From: an uncultured Gemmatimonadales bacterium
Lineage (GTDB): Bacteria > Gemmatimonadota > Gemmatimonadetes > Gemmatimonadales > Gemmatimonadaceae
NCBI GenBank assembly: GCA_963793305.1
Contig: CAWBZV010000003.1
Location: 864,001-928,000 of the forward strand
Reading direction: 5' to 3'
DNA: 64,000 nt
This document shows positions 41,949-53,353 of this stretch, piece by piece. Each line of letters opens with the position of its first letter. The stretch's first letter is position 1. The translations under genes and the position numbers were made by a program. The notes beneath the pieces were generated by a model. The model was not told where the DNA came from and made no database searches. It was given only the letters and a program-made list of their open reading frames with translations.

Positions 41949-43425
41949 GAAAGACCGCTCGTCGCTTGAGTCGCAGCAGCGCTTCCAGTCGCTCCGGCGT
42001 TGCCGCTATCGGCCTCAGCTCCGGAAAGATGACGCTCTCTGTGTACCCTGACGCCCAGATCACGAGCGACGGCTGTCGCGCGAGGGCCGTGGCCAGTGCG
42101 CGGGCCGTGTCCGGATCGACAATCCACGGCATGGCGCGCGACGGGCGGTGAGTCGCGAAGTATACGTCGGCAACGTCGTTCGAATAGAGCGCGGCAGTAT
42201 TGCCCCGCGCTGAGTCCCTGACCCACGTCCACAGCCCACTCCGAACGACTTCCAATTTCGCGTGATAGAACCCTTCGGTTCTCGCGACGTACACCAGTGT
42301 CCCGACCGCCCGCGCGGACACGATGGCCCACACGCCGAGCGCGGCGAGCGCGATCGCATGTCGCCTGCTCCACGGCCACCACGCCGCCAGCGCAGCGACG
42401 ATGGCGATATCCAGCGCGGCGTGCACGGGCGAGAACATGCGATCCGAAAGCTCGACGTTGCCCTGCAGCAGTTGCGCGACGAGTAGGAGCCCCGCGCACG
42501 CCGCGCCGAGCAGGACGCCAGCCCGCACGATCCGGCTTTGTTGCCACTCCCGCGCGACAACGCAAACAACGCCGACAACCAAGGCAACTTTCATGGCCGC
42601 GCGGGCAAGTCGAGCTGCGCCGGCGGTGACGCCAACGGGATCCGGCCCCAACCACGACAGCGTCGCGCCAAGAAACTGTCTCAGTGTCTGCAGAGGATAG
42701 TGATCGAGATGCAGCCGCCTGACCGTCCCCCCGTGCGCGCTGACCACAGCGGCCCATGCGACATACGCGATGACGCCGGGTAGCACGGCCACTATCCCGC
42801 GCCTCAAACGAACGCTGAGCGAAGGAGCAGGTTGCGTGACGGCCCACGCGCCGCATGCGGCGACGACGCCGAGTCCCACGTATCGCAGCATCAACGCCAG
42901 CGCCCCGGTGAGCCCGTATTGGAGGGGTCGATCGGGGCGATTGGCCATGAGAAAAAGTGTGGCGACGACCGCGGTGATGAACGGCGGCTCGCTCAGCGCG
43001 TCGAGGTGCACAGCGACGACCGAAGCGGTGAGTGCCAGGACGAGAGCGGCCACGAGCCCCCACGCGAACCCGAACGTGGTGCCGACGAGCACCACGGTGA
43101 GAAACACGGTCACGGCGGCCGAGGCCGCGACGACGAGGCGAGCGCCGGTGACGGCGTTTGCGCCGAGCAGCATTGGGCCCGCGATGGCGACGGGAAATCC
43201 CGGCGGCCACTGCGCCAATGGGCTCGTGCTATCCGCGCTCGTATACGGCGCGAACGGAACGCGCAAGGTCCCGTGTTGCACGAGCGACTCGGCCGCCCCC
43301 ATGTAGCCGGCCGAGTCGCCATAGAGTCCGGGCCCGGGCGGCCGGGTACCGAGCATGACGAGGCCGAAGGCGAGCGCGCCCAGGGTCAGCCCGGTTAAAC
43401 TTTGCTTCGTGGCTCCCCAATTCAT
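41917..43425 (-). CDS. GT-C-fold membrane glycosyltransferase, paralog of 38042-39550
   Basis: [22 protein letters not shown]; true start probably nearer 43389. Confidence 0.7.
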   Translation of the reverse strand: MNWGATKQSLTGLTLGALAFGLVMLGTRPPGPGLYGDSAGYMGAAESLVQHGTLRVPFAPYTSADSTSPLAQWPPGFPVAIAGPMLLGANAVTGARLVVAASAAVTVFLTVVLVGTTFGFAWGLVAALVLALTASVVAVHLDALSEPPFITAVVATLFLMANRPDRPLQYGLTGALALMLRYVGLGVVAACGAWAVTQPAPSLSVRLRRGIVAVLPGVIAYVAWAAVVSAHGGTVRRLHLDHYPLQTLRQFLGATLSWLGPDPVGVTAGAARLARAAMKVALVVGVVCVVAREWQQSRIVRAGVLLGAACAGLLLVAQLLQGNVELSDRMFSPVHAALDIAIVAALAAWWPWSRRHAIALAALGVWAIVSARAVGTLVYVARTEGFYHAKLEVVRSGLWTWVRDSARGNTAALYSNDVADVYFATHRPSRAMPWIVDPDTARALATALARQPSLVIWASGYTESVIFPELRPIAATPERLEALLRLKRRAVFPEGIVWEYER

Positions 43426-45085
43426 CTATGTCATGAAGGGTCTGCGCAAGGTCGTCCCGCCATCGCGGGAGATCCTGCGCGACATCTATCTCAGTTTCTA
43501 CCCAGGCGCCAAGATCGGCGTCCTCGGCGCGAACGGCTCCGGCAAATCATCGCTGCTCAAGATCATGGCCGGTGTCGACCAGGACTTCCAGGGGGAGGCC
43601 TGGCCGCACGCGGGTACGCGGATCGGCTTCCTGTCCCAGGAACCGCGGCTCGACCCGTCGAAAGATGTGCGCGGCAATGTCGAAGAAGCCGTGGCCCCAA
43701 CCCGTGCCTTGTTGACGCGCTTCGAGGAGATCTCCGCGAAGTTCGCCGAACCAATGTCGGACGACGAGATGCAGAAGCTTCTGGACACTCAGGCCAAAGT
43801 CCAAGAACGCATCGATGCCGTCAACGCCTGGGACCTCGATCGCCACATCGAGATCGCCATGGATGCGCTCCGTCTCCCGCCGGGCGACGCGGATGTGTCG
43901 CTGTTGTCGGGTGGCGAGCGCCGTCGCGTCGCGTTGTGCCGCGTGTTGCTCGAAGAACCAGACATGCTGCTGCTCGACGAGCCCACGAACCATCTCGACG
44001 CCGAGAGCGTGGCGTGGCTCGAACGTCACCTGGCGGAGTTCCCGGGTACGGTCGTCGCGGTCACCCACGACCGGTATTTCCTGGACAACGTGGCGGGTTG
44101 GATCCTGGAGCTGGATCGCGGCGGCGGGATTCCATATGAAGGCAACTACACGGCGTGGCTCGACCAAAAGCGCACGCGTTTGGCCCAGGAAGAAAAACAG
44201 GCCTCGGCCCGCCAGCGGACGCTCGAGCGCGAGCTGGAGTGGGTGCGCATGGCGCCACGGGCTCGCCAGGCGAAATCCAAGGCGCGTGTACAACGCTACG
44301 AAGAGTTGGAGAAGGCCGACACGGCCGAGCGGGTGTTGCAAAACGAGATCGTGATTCCGCCGCCGCCACGGCTCGGCAACGATGTCGTGATCGCGAAGGA
44401 TCTCAAGAAGAGCTTTGGCGATACGCTGTTGTTCGAGAACATGTCATTCAGCCTTCCCCGGGGCGGGATCGTCGGCGTGATCGGCCCGAACGGCGCGGGA
44501 AAGACGACGCTCTTTCGCATGATCGTCGGGCAAGAGACGCCCGATAGCGGCACGCTGACCGTTGGGGAGACGGTGCAGCTGGCATACGTCGACCAGGGCC
44601 GCGAGCTCAACGGCGCGAACACGGTCTATCAAGAAGTGAGTGGCGGGAGCGACACGATCATGGTCGGCAAGCGCGAGCTCAACTCTCGCGCCTATCTCGC
44701 GAGCTTTAACTTCCGCGGGGCCGATCAGCAGAAGAAAGTCGCGGATCTCTCGGGTGGCGAGCGCAACCGCTTGCACCTGTCGAAGCTGCTCAAATCGGGT
44801 GGCAACCTGTTGCTGCTCGACGAGCCGACGAACGATCTCAACGTCGACACGCTGCGCGCGCTTGAGGAAGCGTTGCTGGATTTCGCGGGCTGCGCGGTCG
44901 TGATCACGCACGATCGCTGGTTCCTCGATCGTATCGCGACGCACATCCTGGCGTTCGAGGGCAACAGCGAGGTGGTCTGGTTCGAGGGGAATTACCGGGC
45001 GTACTCCGAAGACCTGCACAGGCGGAAGGGGACAGATGCCGACCAACCGCACCGGATCGCGTATAAGAAGCTGGTTCGCGCTTAG
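43409..45085 (+). CDS. ettA: Energy-dependent translational throttle ABC-F ATPase
   Basis: [19 protein letters not shown], two ABC domains, ELEWVRM linker, ATHILAFEG. Confidence 0.97.
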   Translation: MAPQFIYVMKGLRKVVPPSREILRDIYLSFYPGAKIGVLGANGSGKSSLLKIMAGVDQDFQGEAWPHAGTRIGFLSQEPRLDPSKDVRGNVEEAVAPTRALLTRFEEISAKFAEPMSDDEMQKLLDTQAKVQERIDAVNAWDLDRHIEIAMDALRLPPGDADVSLLSGGERRRVALCRVLLEEPDMLLLDEPTNHLDAESVAWLERHLAEFPGTVVAVTHDRYFLDNVAGWILELDRGGGIPYEGNYTAWLDQKRTRLAQEEKQASARQRTLERELEWVRMAPRARQAKSKARVQRYEELEKADTAERVLQNEIVIPPPPRLGNDVVIAKDLKKSFGDTLLFENMSFSLPRGGIVGVIGPNGAGKTTLFRMIVGQETPDSGTLTVGETVQLAYVDQGRELNGANTVYQEVSGGSDTIMVGKRELNSRAYLASFNFRGADQQKKVADLSGGERNRLHLSKLLKSGGNLLLLDEPTNDLNVDTLRALEEALLDFAGCAVVITHDRWFLDRIATHILAFEGNSEVVWFEGNYRAYSEDLHRRKGTDADQPHRIAYKKLVRA

Positions 45086-45650
45086 CCTGTTCGTGGTGGC
45101 ACCCATCGGTGCCCAATCGCCGGCCCTGCGCATTGCCCAAGCCGTGAGCCCGGCGCCGTCGACGTTTCGAGCCGGCGCCACTGTCATGGGCTACGACAGC
45201 GCCGGCAAGCTGGTCACGTTGCGCCAGGGCACCAATGACCTGATCTGCCTCGCGGATGACTCGCGGCGCAAGAACTTCCACGTGTCGTGCTACTTCAAGG
45301 CGCTCGAGCCATTTATGGCCCGCGGCCGCGAGCTTCGCGCCAAGGGGCTGTCGTCCGATTCCGCCGACTCGGTCCGCGCGAACGAGATTCGCGCCGGCAA
45401 GTTGGCGATGCCAAAGACGCCGACCGCGCTCTACCAGCTCGGCGCTCCTCGCGAGCAAGTAGGCGACTCCGGCGTCAAGGGCGCGCGCTATCTCTACGTC
45501 GTCTACATGCCGTACGCGACGCCTGCGAGCACCGGTCTCACCATTCAGCCATTGAACAATGGCGGCCCGTGGCTCATGTACCCGGGAAAGCCCTGGGCGC
45601 ACATCATGATCGCGCCGAAAGAGCCTCAGAACGTCACGTTCGGCCCGTGA
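45036..45650 (+). CDS. Hypothetical secreted protein
   Basis: Signal-peptide-like N-terminus; [24 protein letters not shown]. Confidence 0.7.
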   Translation: MPTNRTGSRIRSWFALSLFVVAPIGAQSPALRIAQAVSPAPSTFRAGATVMGYDSAGKLVTLRQGTNDLICLADDSRRKNFHVSCYFKALEPFMARGRELRAKGLSSDSADSVRANEIRAGKLAMPKTPTALYQLGAPREQVGDSGVKGARYLYVVYMPYATPASTGLTIQPLNNGGPWLMYPGKPWAHIMIAPKEPQNVTFGP

Positions 45651-45669
45651 TGCTGAGCGTCTCGCACCC

Positions 45670-46263
45670 ATGACGGCCAGTGTCTTAGAGCACACGCTCG
45701 TGTACCGGCTCTGGCAGGCACCATTTGCCGAGCACAAGTTCGCCCCGATTGTCGCGCACAACGATCTCGGAAAAGTTCGCCGAGTGCTCAACGTCGGCTG
45801 TGGCCCGGGCACGAACACGCACCATTTTGCGCATGCCGACTACATCGGCATCGACATCAACCCGCGCTACGTGGCCGCCGCGGAGCGGCGCACGGGTCGT
45901 CGTTTTATAGCCGCAGACGCCACGACGTACGAAGTCGACCCGTCCGAGCGCTTCGATTTCATTTTCCTGAACAGCTTCTTACATCACGTCGACACGCTGT
46001 CCGTGCGCCGGATCCTGTCGCACGTCGCGACGTTGCTGACCGACGACGGCGCCATTCACATATTGGACCTGATACGCCCAGATCGTCCGAGCATCGCGGC
46101 AACGCTCGCCCGACTGGACCGCGGCGACTTCCCGCGCCCACTCGCCGAGTGGAAGCAGCTGTTCGAAGAATCCTACCAGCCCGTCATCTTCGAGCCCTAC
46201 CCACTGACGGGCCTCGGCGTCACGCTCTGGCAGATGATCTACTTCAAGGGCACTCGCCGGTGA
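45670..46263 (+). CDS. Class I SAM-dependent methyltransferase
   Basis: VLNVGCGPG (usual D replaced by N), GIDIN, FLHH. Confidence 0.85.
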   Translation: MTASVLEHTLVYRLWQAPFAEHKFAPIVAHNDLGKVRRVLNVGCGPGTNTHHFAHADYIGIDINPRYVAAAERRTGRRFIAADATTYEVDPSERFDFIFLNSFLHHVDTLSVRRILSHVATLLTDDGAIHILDLIRPDRPSIAATLARLDRGDFPRPLAEWKQLFEESYQPVIFEPYPLTGLGVTLWQMIYFKGTRR

Positions 46264-47189
46264 CTCGGCTGTCTGTCGCGATCCCTCTCTTCAACGAACA
46301 AGAGGTCCTGCCCGAGCTCCTCCGGAGAGTCGGCGCGGTCCTCGATGGCATTACCGATGGCCCACACGAGATCGTCATCGTCGACGATGGCAGCTCTGAT
46401 CGTACGCCGGCCCTGTTAGATGCGGCGGCGAACGTCAACCCGCGCCTGGTCGTCGTCACGCTGTCGCGCAACTTCGGCCACCAGGCCGCGCTGACGGCTG
46501 CGCTCGACCACGCGAGCGGCGACGCCGTCGTTCTCATGGACGGTGATCTGCAGGACCCGCCGGAGGCGATCCCGTCGCTCCTCGCGCAACACGCCGCGGG
46601 CTACGACGTGGTCTACGCGCAGCGCATGCAACGCAAGGAGTCCTGGCCGCTCCGGGCCTCCTATTTTCTTTTCTATCGCCTGCTGTACTGGCTCGCCGAT
46701 CTGCGCCTGCCGCTCGACGCCGGCGACTTCGGCCTCATGTCGCGCCGCGTCGTCGACCAGATCAAGGCCGCCCCGGAGCACAACCGCTATCTGCGCGGCC
46801 TTCGCGTCTGGGCGGGATATAAGCACATCGGCGTGCCGGTCGAGCGCGACGCGCGCTTCGCGGGCAAGAGCAAGTACAGCACGCTCAAGCTGCTGCGGCT
46901 CGCCTCCGATGGCATCTTCGCGTTCTCGATCGTCCCGTTGCGCGCCGCCGCCGTGGTCGGCGCGATCGCGATCACGCTCTCGATCGTGTTCGCCTTATAC
47001 GCGCTCTACGCGAAGGTCGTGCTCGACCGGTCGCCCGCGGGGTTTACGGCCATCACGATTCTGGTCACGTTCCTCTCGGGCGTGAACATTCTCTTCGTCG
47101 GCGTGATCGGCGAGTATGTCGGGCGGATCTACGAAGAGGTGAAGGCCCGCCCCGTGTACGTCGTCGAGCGGCTCAAGCGTGGACCCTGA
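46260..47189 (+). CDS. GtrB-like GT2 bactoprenol glycosyltransferase
   Basis: DDGSSD, SRNFGHQAA, MDGDLQDPPE, two C-terminal TMs, GEYVGRIY. Confidence 0.93.
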   Translation: MTRLSVAIPLFNEQEVLPELLRRVGAVLDGITDGPHEIVIVDDGSSDRTPALLDAAANVNPRLVVVTLSRNFGHQAALTAALDHASGDAVVLMDGDLQDPPEAIPSLLAQHAAGYDVVYAQRMQRKESWPLRASYFLFYRLLYWLADLRLPLDAGDFGLMSRRVVDQIKAAPEHNRYLRGLRVWAGYKHIGVPVERDARFAGKSKYSTLKLLRLASDGIFAFSIVPLRAAAVVGAIAITLSIVFALYALYAKVVLDRSPAGFTAITILVTFLSGVNILFVGVIGEYVGRIYEEVKARPVYVVERLKRGP

Positions 47190-47890
47190 GTACGGCCGCC
47201 GCTATCGCCAGCTGTACGAGCAGCACTGGTGGTGGCGCGCGCGAGAGGCGGCGATTGTCGACGTCCTGCGCACGGTCTCACCGCCCGGCGGCTGGCCGCG
47301 CGTCCTCGATATTGGCTGTGGCGATGGCCTCTTCTTCGCGCGGTTGGCCGAGTTCGGCTCAGTCGTAGAGGGAATCGAACCGTCGTCCGATCTCGTCACC
47401 GACGACCGTGGCGGCGCGATCTCCATCCGCCCGTTCGACTCGACGTTCCAACCAGCGGCACCCTACGATCTGATCGTGATGCTCGACGTGCTCGAGCACC
47501 TCGATCGCCCGGCCGAAGCGCTTATCGCACGTCTTGTCGATCCTGTCTGTGTCGGGCACTGTCGTGATCACCGTCCCGGCGTTCCGCTCACTCTGGACGA
47601 GCTGGGATGTCATGAACCAGCACGTGACGCGCTACACGAAATCATCATTCCGGTCACTCGCTCGCGAGGTTGGATTCCGCGTCGACCGCTGCGAGTATTT
47701 CTTCCACTGGACGTTCCCAATTCGCTTTGCCCAACGCGTCCTGGAATCGATCGTCCCGCGTCAGTCAGCGCCGCTCCCCACTATTCCGCCACGGCCAGTC
47801 AACGCGCTCCTATACAGCCTCTCGCGCGCCGAGTGGGGTCTTCATCTGCCGTTCGGCACGTCGCTACTCGTTGTCGGTGGCCGCCAATGA
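47179..47890 (+). CDS. Class I SAM-dependent methyltransferase; +1 frameshift near 47524
   Basis: HWWWRAR, VLDIGCGDG, LDVLEH, then TVPAFRSLWTSWD..NQHVTRY in the next frame. Confidence 0.85.
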
Positions 47891-49689
47891 ACCACATAGG
47901 GCCCGATGACGGCAGAGTCGGGAAATTGTTGCGCGAGAGCCGTCATGAGTCCTGGGTCGATCGGCCGCGAGAACCCACCGGGATACCCGCCCACGACGAT
48001 GACGTCGACGCGTTTCTCGGCAAGCGTGCGTAGCACGCGAGCGTCATGCCCGCTCGGCTCGTCGAGAAAGTCATAGATGACACGCGTAGGATTCTTCCGA
48101 TCCGTCAGCACGCTGATCTCGGGCAGATCGGGCGCCGCATACACATACCCGCCTTCCGGCGAATGCGCCCGCACGAGCGCGATGATGCTCTGATACTGAC
48201 GTGCCTCGGTCGCTCCGACGATGAGCCCATCGAGCCTGACGCTTGGCATCTGGTCGTCAGGTATTCTCTCGCCATTGATCCTGAACTTCACCGGATTCGT
48301 ACAGAGCAACGCGAAGCCGAGAAAGAATGCGCCGACGAGCGCCGGCACGACCCCGCTCACCAGCCCAAAAGCACACAGAATCGGGAAGGCCGCAAAATAC
48401 GAGACGTAATCCGACCCGGCGTACGGAAACTGCACCAGCCCGGTGAGTGCGGTCATGCACAGCACGACCCAGAACTCGCCACTGCCGCGCACGCCGCGTG
48501 CAACCGCGATGGCCCCGGCGATGACGAGCACGGGTGCCACGTGCCTGATGCTGGTCCACACAGCCGCATACGCCGCCCCGCCGTGCGCCGCCGCCGCGAG
48601 CAATGCCGCCAGCACCACTCCCACGACGACGACAGTCGCCCGGCTCGGCCGCCCCCACGGCACGAGTGCAACGACCCACGGAATCACCGCCCACAAGGTG
48701 CGCAGCGACTCCGGCGGCGCCATGGCGAACGCCAATCGTTGCCCGGGCGCGATGAGCGCCCCGTGCACGAGCGCGGGCACCAATGCACTCATCAAATACG
48801 GCAGCAGGAAGATGACGACGGGAATCGCGATCCCGGCGCCGAGAATGGCTGTCCTGCCGAGCAGTCGCCCGAGCTGACCAGTTGGTGGCCCACGCCACTC
48901 GCGCCACAGCAGTAGTGCCACCAGCGCAGCGGCGGGCACCACGAAATGCCATTGCGGCGACGCCCCCGGAATCCGCGCCACGGCTCGCGAAAGCATCGCG
49001 ACAAATCCCACGAGCGACACCGTGACGAACCACGAATACCCCCGCGATGTCGTCGTGCTTCCACGCTCGTCCCACACGAGGACCAGCAACGCGGCCGCGA
49101 TGTACGCCAGCCCTGTGAGCTTGACGACCACCGACAGCCCGCCAGCGACTCCCGCCGTCACCAGCCACGCCAGCCGTCGCGTCTCCAGAAACTTGATGAG
49201 CGCCGCCGCCCCGGCGGTCGCGAGGAAGAGGTTATACCACGACGGCATCGCCGCGACCCGATTCGGCACGGACCACGCGGCGACGATCGCCATCACGAAC
49301 GTCGCCGCCGCGGCTCCGCCGCGCGTCGATGCAGCGCTCCGCGCTGCTCGACTGGTCGGTTGGCCAGCGCTCGGCTCCGCCGAGCGCCACACAGAAAGCT
49401 GGAGGGCGATCCAGTACACGACGGGCAGCCACGCGAGGTACGCCGCGAGCAACGCGATGCGGAGCGAGATGAGACTCGTGCCGAGCAGCCGGAACACGCC
49501 GGCGTGATAGATGGCGAGCCCGCCGGTGTACGCGTCGTCGAAGTCCCAATGCGGCAGCTCGCCGCCCAAGACGCGGAGAGCGGTCTGCGCCAGCAGCCCT
49601 TCGTCGTGCGGATTCCAGCCGTAGGCGAGTCGACTGGCGAGGTACACGCCGCAGGCGACCCAGACGAGGGGGGGGACGATGCGCTTCAC
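47842..49689 (-). CDS. GT-C-fold membrane glycosyltransferase
   Basis: HDEG motif after TM1, GELPHWDFDDAYTGG, many TMs; GTG start at 49689. Confidence 0.72.
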   Translation of the reverse strand: MKRIVPPLVWVACGVYLASRLAYGWNPHDEGLLAQTALRVLGGELPHWDFDDAYTGGLAIYHAGVFRLLGTSLISLRIALLAAYLAWLPVVYWIALQLSVWRSAEPSAGQPTSRAARSAASTRGGAAAATFVMAIVAAWSVPNRVAAMPSWYNLFLATAGAAALIKFLETRRLAWLVTAGVAGGLSVVVKLTGLAYIAAALLVLVWDERGSTTTSRGYSWFVTVSLVGFVAMLSRAVARIPGASPQWHFVVPAAALVALLLWREWRGPPTGQLGRLLGRTAILGAGIAIPVVIFLLPYLMSALVPALVHGALIAPGQRLAFAMAPPESLRTLWAVIPWVVALVPWGRPSRATVVVVGVVLAALLAAAAHGGAAYAAVWTSIRHVAPVLVIAGAIAVARGVRGSGEFWVVLCMTALTGLVQFPYAGSDYVSYFAAFPILCAFGLVSGVVPALVGAFFLGFALLCTNPVKFRINGERIPDDQMPSVRLDGLIVGATEARQYQSIIALVRAHSPEGGYVYAAPDLPEISVLTDRKNPTRVIYDFLDEPSGHDARVLRTLAEKRVDVIVVGGYPGGFSRPIDPGLMTALAQQFPDSAVIGPYVVHWRPPTTSSDVPNGR

Positions 49690-50283
49690 GCGGTAGCCGT
49701 TGCCGTCATGAGCCCCCACAGCCACCCGATCTTGTACGTGTCGACGGCGACCGTCGCATATCCGGCGCTCTCGATCAGTTGTCCGAGCTCGCGACTCCCG
49801 TACGCCCGCACGTATCCCCCGGCGTTCCGCCATCGCAGCAGTCGATCGCAGAATGCGACACGCGAGGTAGTCGTCGCACCAATCGGTGAGTACCAGCCGC
49901 CCACCTGAGCGCATGACGCGTCGTATCTCGCGTAGCACGCGAACAGGCTCGACCCAATAGTGCAGCACGCTCATCGACGCCACGGCATCAAATGTCTCGG
50001 CCCCGAACGGCAACGTCAGGGCATCCCCGGCCACTCGGGCGCCCGAGGCACGCGCTAACATGCGTTCCGAGAGATCGATGCCGACGACCGCGTCACCGAT
50101 TTGTCGCTGGAGCGCCCCGGTGCCGCACCCGACGTCGAGCACGGTCTCTCCGGGCGAGACGTTGAGCCTCGCCAGCGTCTGCCGCACGCTCGAGCCAATG
50201 TAGGCGGCCCAGCGCTCGTCATATCGTTGTGCGAGGCCATCATACCGCTCGCGCACGGCCTGGTTGTGCTGCACAAGAGCCAC
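49686..50283 (-). CDS. Class I SAM-dependent methyltransferase; +1 frameshift near 49852 artificially fuses it to the next gene
   Basis: [25 protein letters not shown]; natural C-terminus ([16 protein letters not shown]) is in another frame. Confidence 0.82.
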
Positions 50284-50306
50284 GCGGGCTAATATACTTT
50301 TGCCTG

Positions 50307-51944
50307 ATGGCGAGAGACGCGGTCAATCATGAACCTGCGACGCAGTCGCAGCTCGGCAAGCAACCAATGCCCGAAGGGCCAAGTCCGAAGAGCCATATCG
50401 AGGTCACGCGCACCCCGCCGGGCTCCGAGCGCGTTCTGACGCCCGACGCGCTGGCCTTTGTCGCCCGCCTCCAGCGCGAATTCGGCGCCCAGCGTCAGCT
50501 CCTGTTGGACGCCCGCGCCGCCCGCCAGCACCGTTTGGACGCTGGCGAGCGTCCGCGTCTATTGCCGGAGACCGCGACCATTCGCGCGGCCGACTGGCGC
50601 GTCGCGCCACCGGCTCCATCCATGGCGGCTCGCCGCATCGAGATCACGGGGCCGGCTGAACGCAAGATGATGATCAATGCGTTCAATTCGGGCGCTGATG
50701 GGTTCATGGCCGACCTCGAGGATTCGTTGTCGCCGACGTGGGACAACGTGGTCGAGGCGCAGGCCAACCTGCAGGATGCGGTCCGTCTGTCGCTCGACTA
50801 CACGGCGCCGGACGGAAAAGCCTATCGCCTCAATCCCAAGATTGCGACGTTGCTGGTGCGCCCACGGGGGTGGCACCTGGTGGAGCGCCACGTACGAGTC
50901 GATGGCCAGCCGATGTCGGCGAGCTTGTTCGACTTCGGAATGTTCTTCTATCACAACGCCCGCGAGCAGATCGCGCGCGGCGTCGTTCCGTGTTTTTACG
51001 TCCCGAAGCTCGAGTCCCATCGCGAAGCGCGTCTCTGGCACGATGTGTTCGCGTTCGCCGAGCGGGAGCTCGGTATCGCTCATGGCACGATTCGCGTGAC
51101 GATTTTGATCGAGACGATCCTTGCGGCGTTCGAGATGGACGAGATCTTGTATGAGCTCCGCGACTACGGCGCGGCGCTCAACGCGGGCCGTTGGGACTAC
51201 ATCTTCTCGATCATCAAGAAGTTCCACGTCGACCCGGCGTTCGTGCTTCCGGACCGCGTGCAGGTGACGATGACGGTCCCGTTCATGCGTGCGTACGCCG
51301 AGCGACTGGTGCGCACGTGTCATCATCGCGGCGCGCAGGCGATCGGCGGGATGGCGGCCTTTATTCCGAGTCGCCGCGACCCGCAGATCAACGCGACGGC
51401 GATGACGCGCGTGACCGAGGACAAGCAGCGCGAGGCGAGCGACGGGTTCGACGGCACGTGGATCGCGCACCCTGACCTGGTTCCGGTCGCGCTCCAGGCC
51501 TTCGCGAATCGCTCCGCCGTGTCACGCGACGCGGGCGCCCCGGACGCGGATCCGGCGCTCTTGCTCGACGTCCGGATTCCCGGGGGCACGGTCACGGAGA
51601 CGGGCGTTCGCAACAACATCAGTGTCGCGCTCCAGTACTTGGAAGCTTGGATGCGTGGCTCGGGCGCGGTTGGTATCAACAACCTGATGGAGGACGCAGC
51701 GACGGCCGAGATCTCGCGGTCGCAGCTATGGCAGTGGATCCACCATCGCGCGCATCTCGCCGGCGGCAGTCACGTGACGCAGGAGCTCTACGATGAGATC
51801 CGCACGGCCGAGTTGATTACGCGACGCGCCGAGTCGGGGCATAAGGGACGGTGGGACGACGCGGCGGTGTTTCTCGACGACTTGGTTACGAGCTCCGCGT
51901 TCCCGGAATTTCTAACGGTGGCTGGCGCCCACTACCTGAAGTAA
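50307..51944 (+). CDS. aceB: Malate synthase A
   Basis: [49 protein letters not shown]. Confidence 0.96.
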   Translation: MARDAVNHEPATQSQLGKQPMPEGPSPKSHIEVTRTPPGSERVLTPDALAFVARLQREFGAQRQLLLDARAARQHRLDAGERPRLLPETATIRAADWRVAPPAPSMAARRIEITGPAERKMMINAFNSGADGFMADLEDSLSPTWDNVVEAQANLQDAVRLSLDYTAPDGKAYRLNPKIATLLVRPRGWHLVERHVRVDGQPMSASLFDFGMFFYHNAREQIARGVVPCFYVPKLESHREARLWHDVFAFAERELGIAHGTIRVTILIETILAAFEMDEILYELRDYGAALNAGRWDYIFSIIKKFHVDPAFVLPDRVQVTMTVPFMRAYAERLVRTCHHRGAQAIGGMAAFIPSRRDPQINATAMTRVTEDKQREASDGFDGTWIAHPDLVPVALQAFANRSAVSRDAGAPDADPALLLDVRIPGGTVTETGVRNNISVALQYLEAWMRGSGAVGINNLMEDAATAEISRSQLWQWIHHRAHLAGGSHVTQELYDEIRTAELITRRAESGHKGRWDDAAVFLDDLVTSSAFPEFLTVAGAHYLK

Positions 51945-53010
51945 CCCGTTCGGCGACGATCTCGCCGATCGCGCTGGCGAATTTGAATCCGTGTCCTGAG
52001 CACGCGCTCACGATCTCGACATTGGGATGTGCGGGGTGACTCGCGACGAGGAACCGTTCGTCGGGCGTGTTCGTGTACAGGCACACGGACGACTCGATCA
52101 GCGGCCCGTCCGCGGCAGGCATGTAGGTTCTGAGCAGAGCCCGCACGTACGCGACCTCGTCGGCCCCGACGGTACGATCCACCGTCTCCGGATCAACTGT
52201 GCTGCCTTCGTGATGGATGGCGACCTTGATGCCTTCTCCGCGGTCAGGGATGGAATACCAAAATCGCCCGGGTGTGTATTCGCACATGATGATTGGCGTG
52301 CGTATTGGTGCCGCCGGCCGAAACCAGTGCTGCACTTGTCGCTCGACGCTGAGGTTCACGCCGAGGTCCGGCACGAGCGCCTTTGTCCAAGCGCCGGCGG
52401 CGATGATGAGTCGTTCGCATGCGTACGCGCCGTGCTCAGTGGTCACGCGCAGCCCGCGGTCGCGCTGTTCCCATCCCACAACACGCTCATTGGTCGCAAG
52501 AGTCGCCCCAAGTTTCCGGGCGAGCTCGAGATACGCCGTGACGGCGACTTCGGGTTGCAACACGCCAGCGCGCGGCTCGGCGACGCCGACCATGTCGGCC
52601 ATTGCTCTTAAGGCCGGCACCCGTTCCATGACCTGTTTCGCGTCGAGCACTTCATGCTGGAGCCGATGCTCCTTCGCACTCGCCAGCGCCCCGCTCACGA
52701 GCCTCCCATCGGGGGGCCCCAACATGAGCCCCCCGGTGCGCTCGAATATCCGCCGCCCACTCAGGCTTTCTATCTCCCCCCATTTCTCGAAGGCTCTCGC
52801 CACGAGCGGCACATATCCGGGATCCTCGAAATAGGCTTCTCGAATGATCCGTGATTTCCCATGGGTGGACCCCAGGGTATGCGGTGGCTCGAACCGATCA
52901 ATGCCAAGCACTCTTTGCCCGCGTTTCGCCACTTCAAACGCGACCGCGCTGCCCATGGCACCAAGCCCAACGACGATCGCGTCATAGCGATCGGCCCTTC
53001 CATCAGCCAT
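51886..53010 (-). CDS. solA: N-methyl-L-tryptophan/sarcosine oxidase family flavoprotein
   Basis: [34 protein letters not shown]. Confidence 0.88.
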   Translation of the reverse strand: MADGRADRYDAIVVGLGAMGSAVAFEVAKRGQRVLGIDRFEPPHTLGSTHGKSRIIREAYFEDPGYVPLVARAFEKWGEIESLSGRRIFERTGGLMLGPPDGRLVSGALASAKEHRLQHEVLDAKQVMERVPALRAMADMVGVAEPRAGVLQPEVAVTAYLELARKLGATLATNERVVGWEQRDRGLRVTTEHGAYACERLIIAAGAWTKALVPDLGVNLSVERQVQHWFRPAAPIRTPIIMCEYTPGRFWYSIPDRGEGIKVAIHHEGSTVDPETVDRTVGADEVAYVRALLRTYMPAADGPLIESSVCLYTNTPDERFLVASHPAHPNVEIVSACSGHGFKFASAIGEIVAERVTSGSGRQPPLEIPGTRSS

Positions 53011-53028
53011 ATTTCTCGCCCGCATCGG

Positions 53029-53101
53029 TGGGGTGTAGCTTAGCTGGCAAAGCGCCCGGCTGTTAACCGGGAGATCGCTGGTTCAAATCCAGCCGCCCCA
53101 G
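53029..53101 (+). tRNA. tRNA-Asn(GTT)
   Basis: Cloverleaf: acceptor TGGGGTG/CGCCCCA, D stem GCTT/AAGC, anticodon stem CCCGG-CTGTTAA-CCGGG, T stem GCTGG-TTCAAAT-CCAGC; CCA not encoded. Confidence 0.97.
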
Positions 53102-53321
53102 TTTCCAACCAGATCTGAATCATCGACTTACGCGCTCGGCATCTCAACTCACGCGAGCGCGGGGTGCCATTGGGTGCCGTTTAGCGGCACCCGATTCGTT
53201 GCCCATTCCCACTGCAGCCCGAGCTCGTCTCCGACACTACGAGGCACTAGCCTGCCAAGTGACCAGTCGCGAGTATTGGATGTAGCTTGCACGGTTGAAC
53301 TTACAACATTGTATGCCGTGG

Positions 53322-53353
53322 AATGTCCGCATATATTGATATATGCGGACATT
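53322..53353. promoter_or_regulatory. Perfect palindrome, probable AbiEi autoregulatory operator
   Basis: AATGTCCGCATATAT-TG-ATATATGCGGACATT (15-bp arms) overlapping the abiEi ATG. Confidence 0.8.

Noticed and set aside
44836..45800. D-to-N changes in ettA (DLNVDT) and methyltransferase motif I (VLNVGCG) as functional novelties
   Set aside because: Single substitutions in an error-prone assembly; not interpretable without reads or orthologues
47842..50283. 813-aa methyltransferase-GT-C fusion ORF
   Set aside because: One extra base near 49852 joins two genes; the methyltransferase's natural C-terminus and stop (49686) lie in another frame, overlapping the GT-C start
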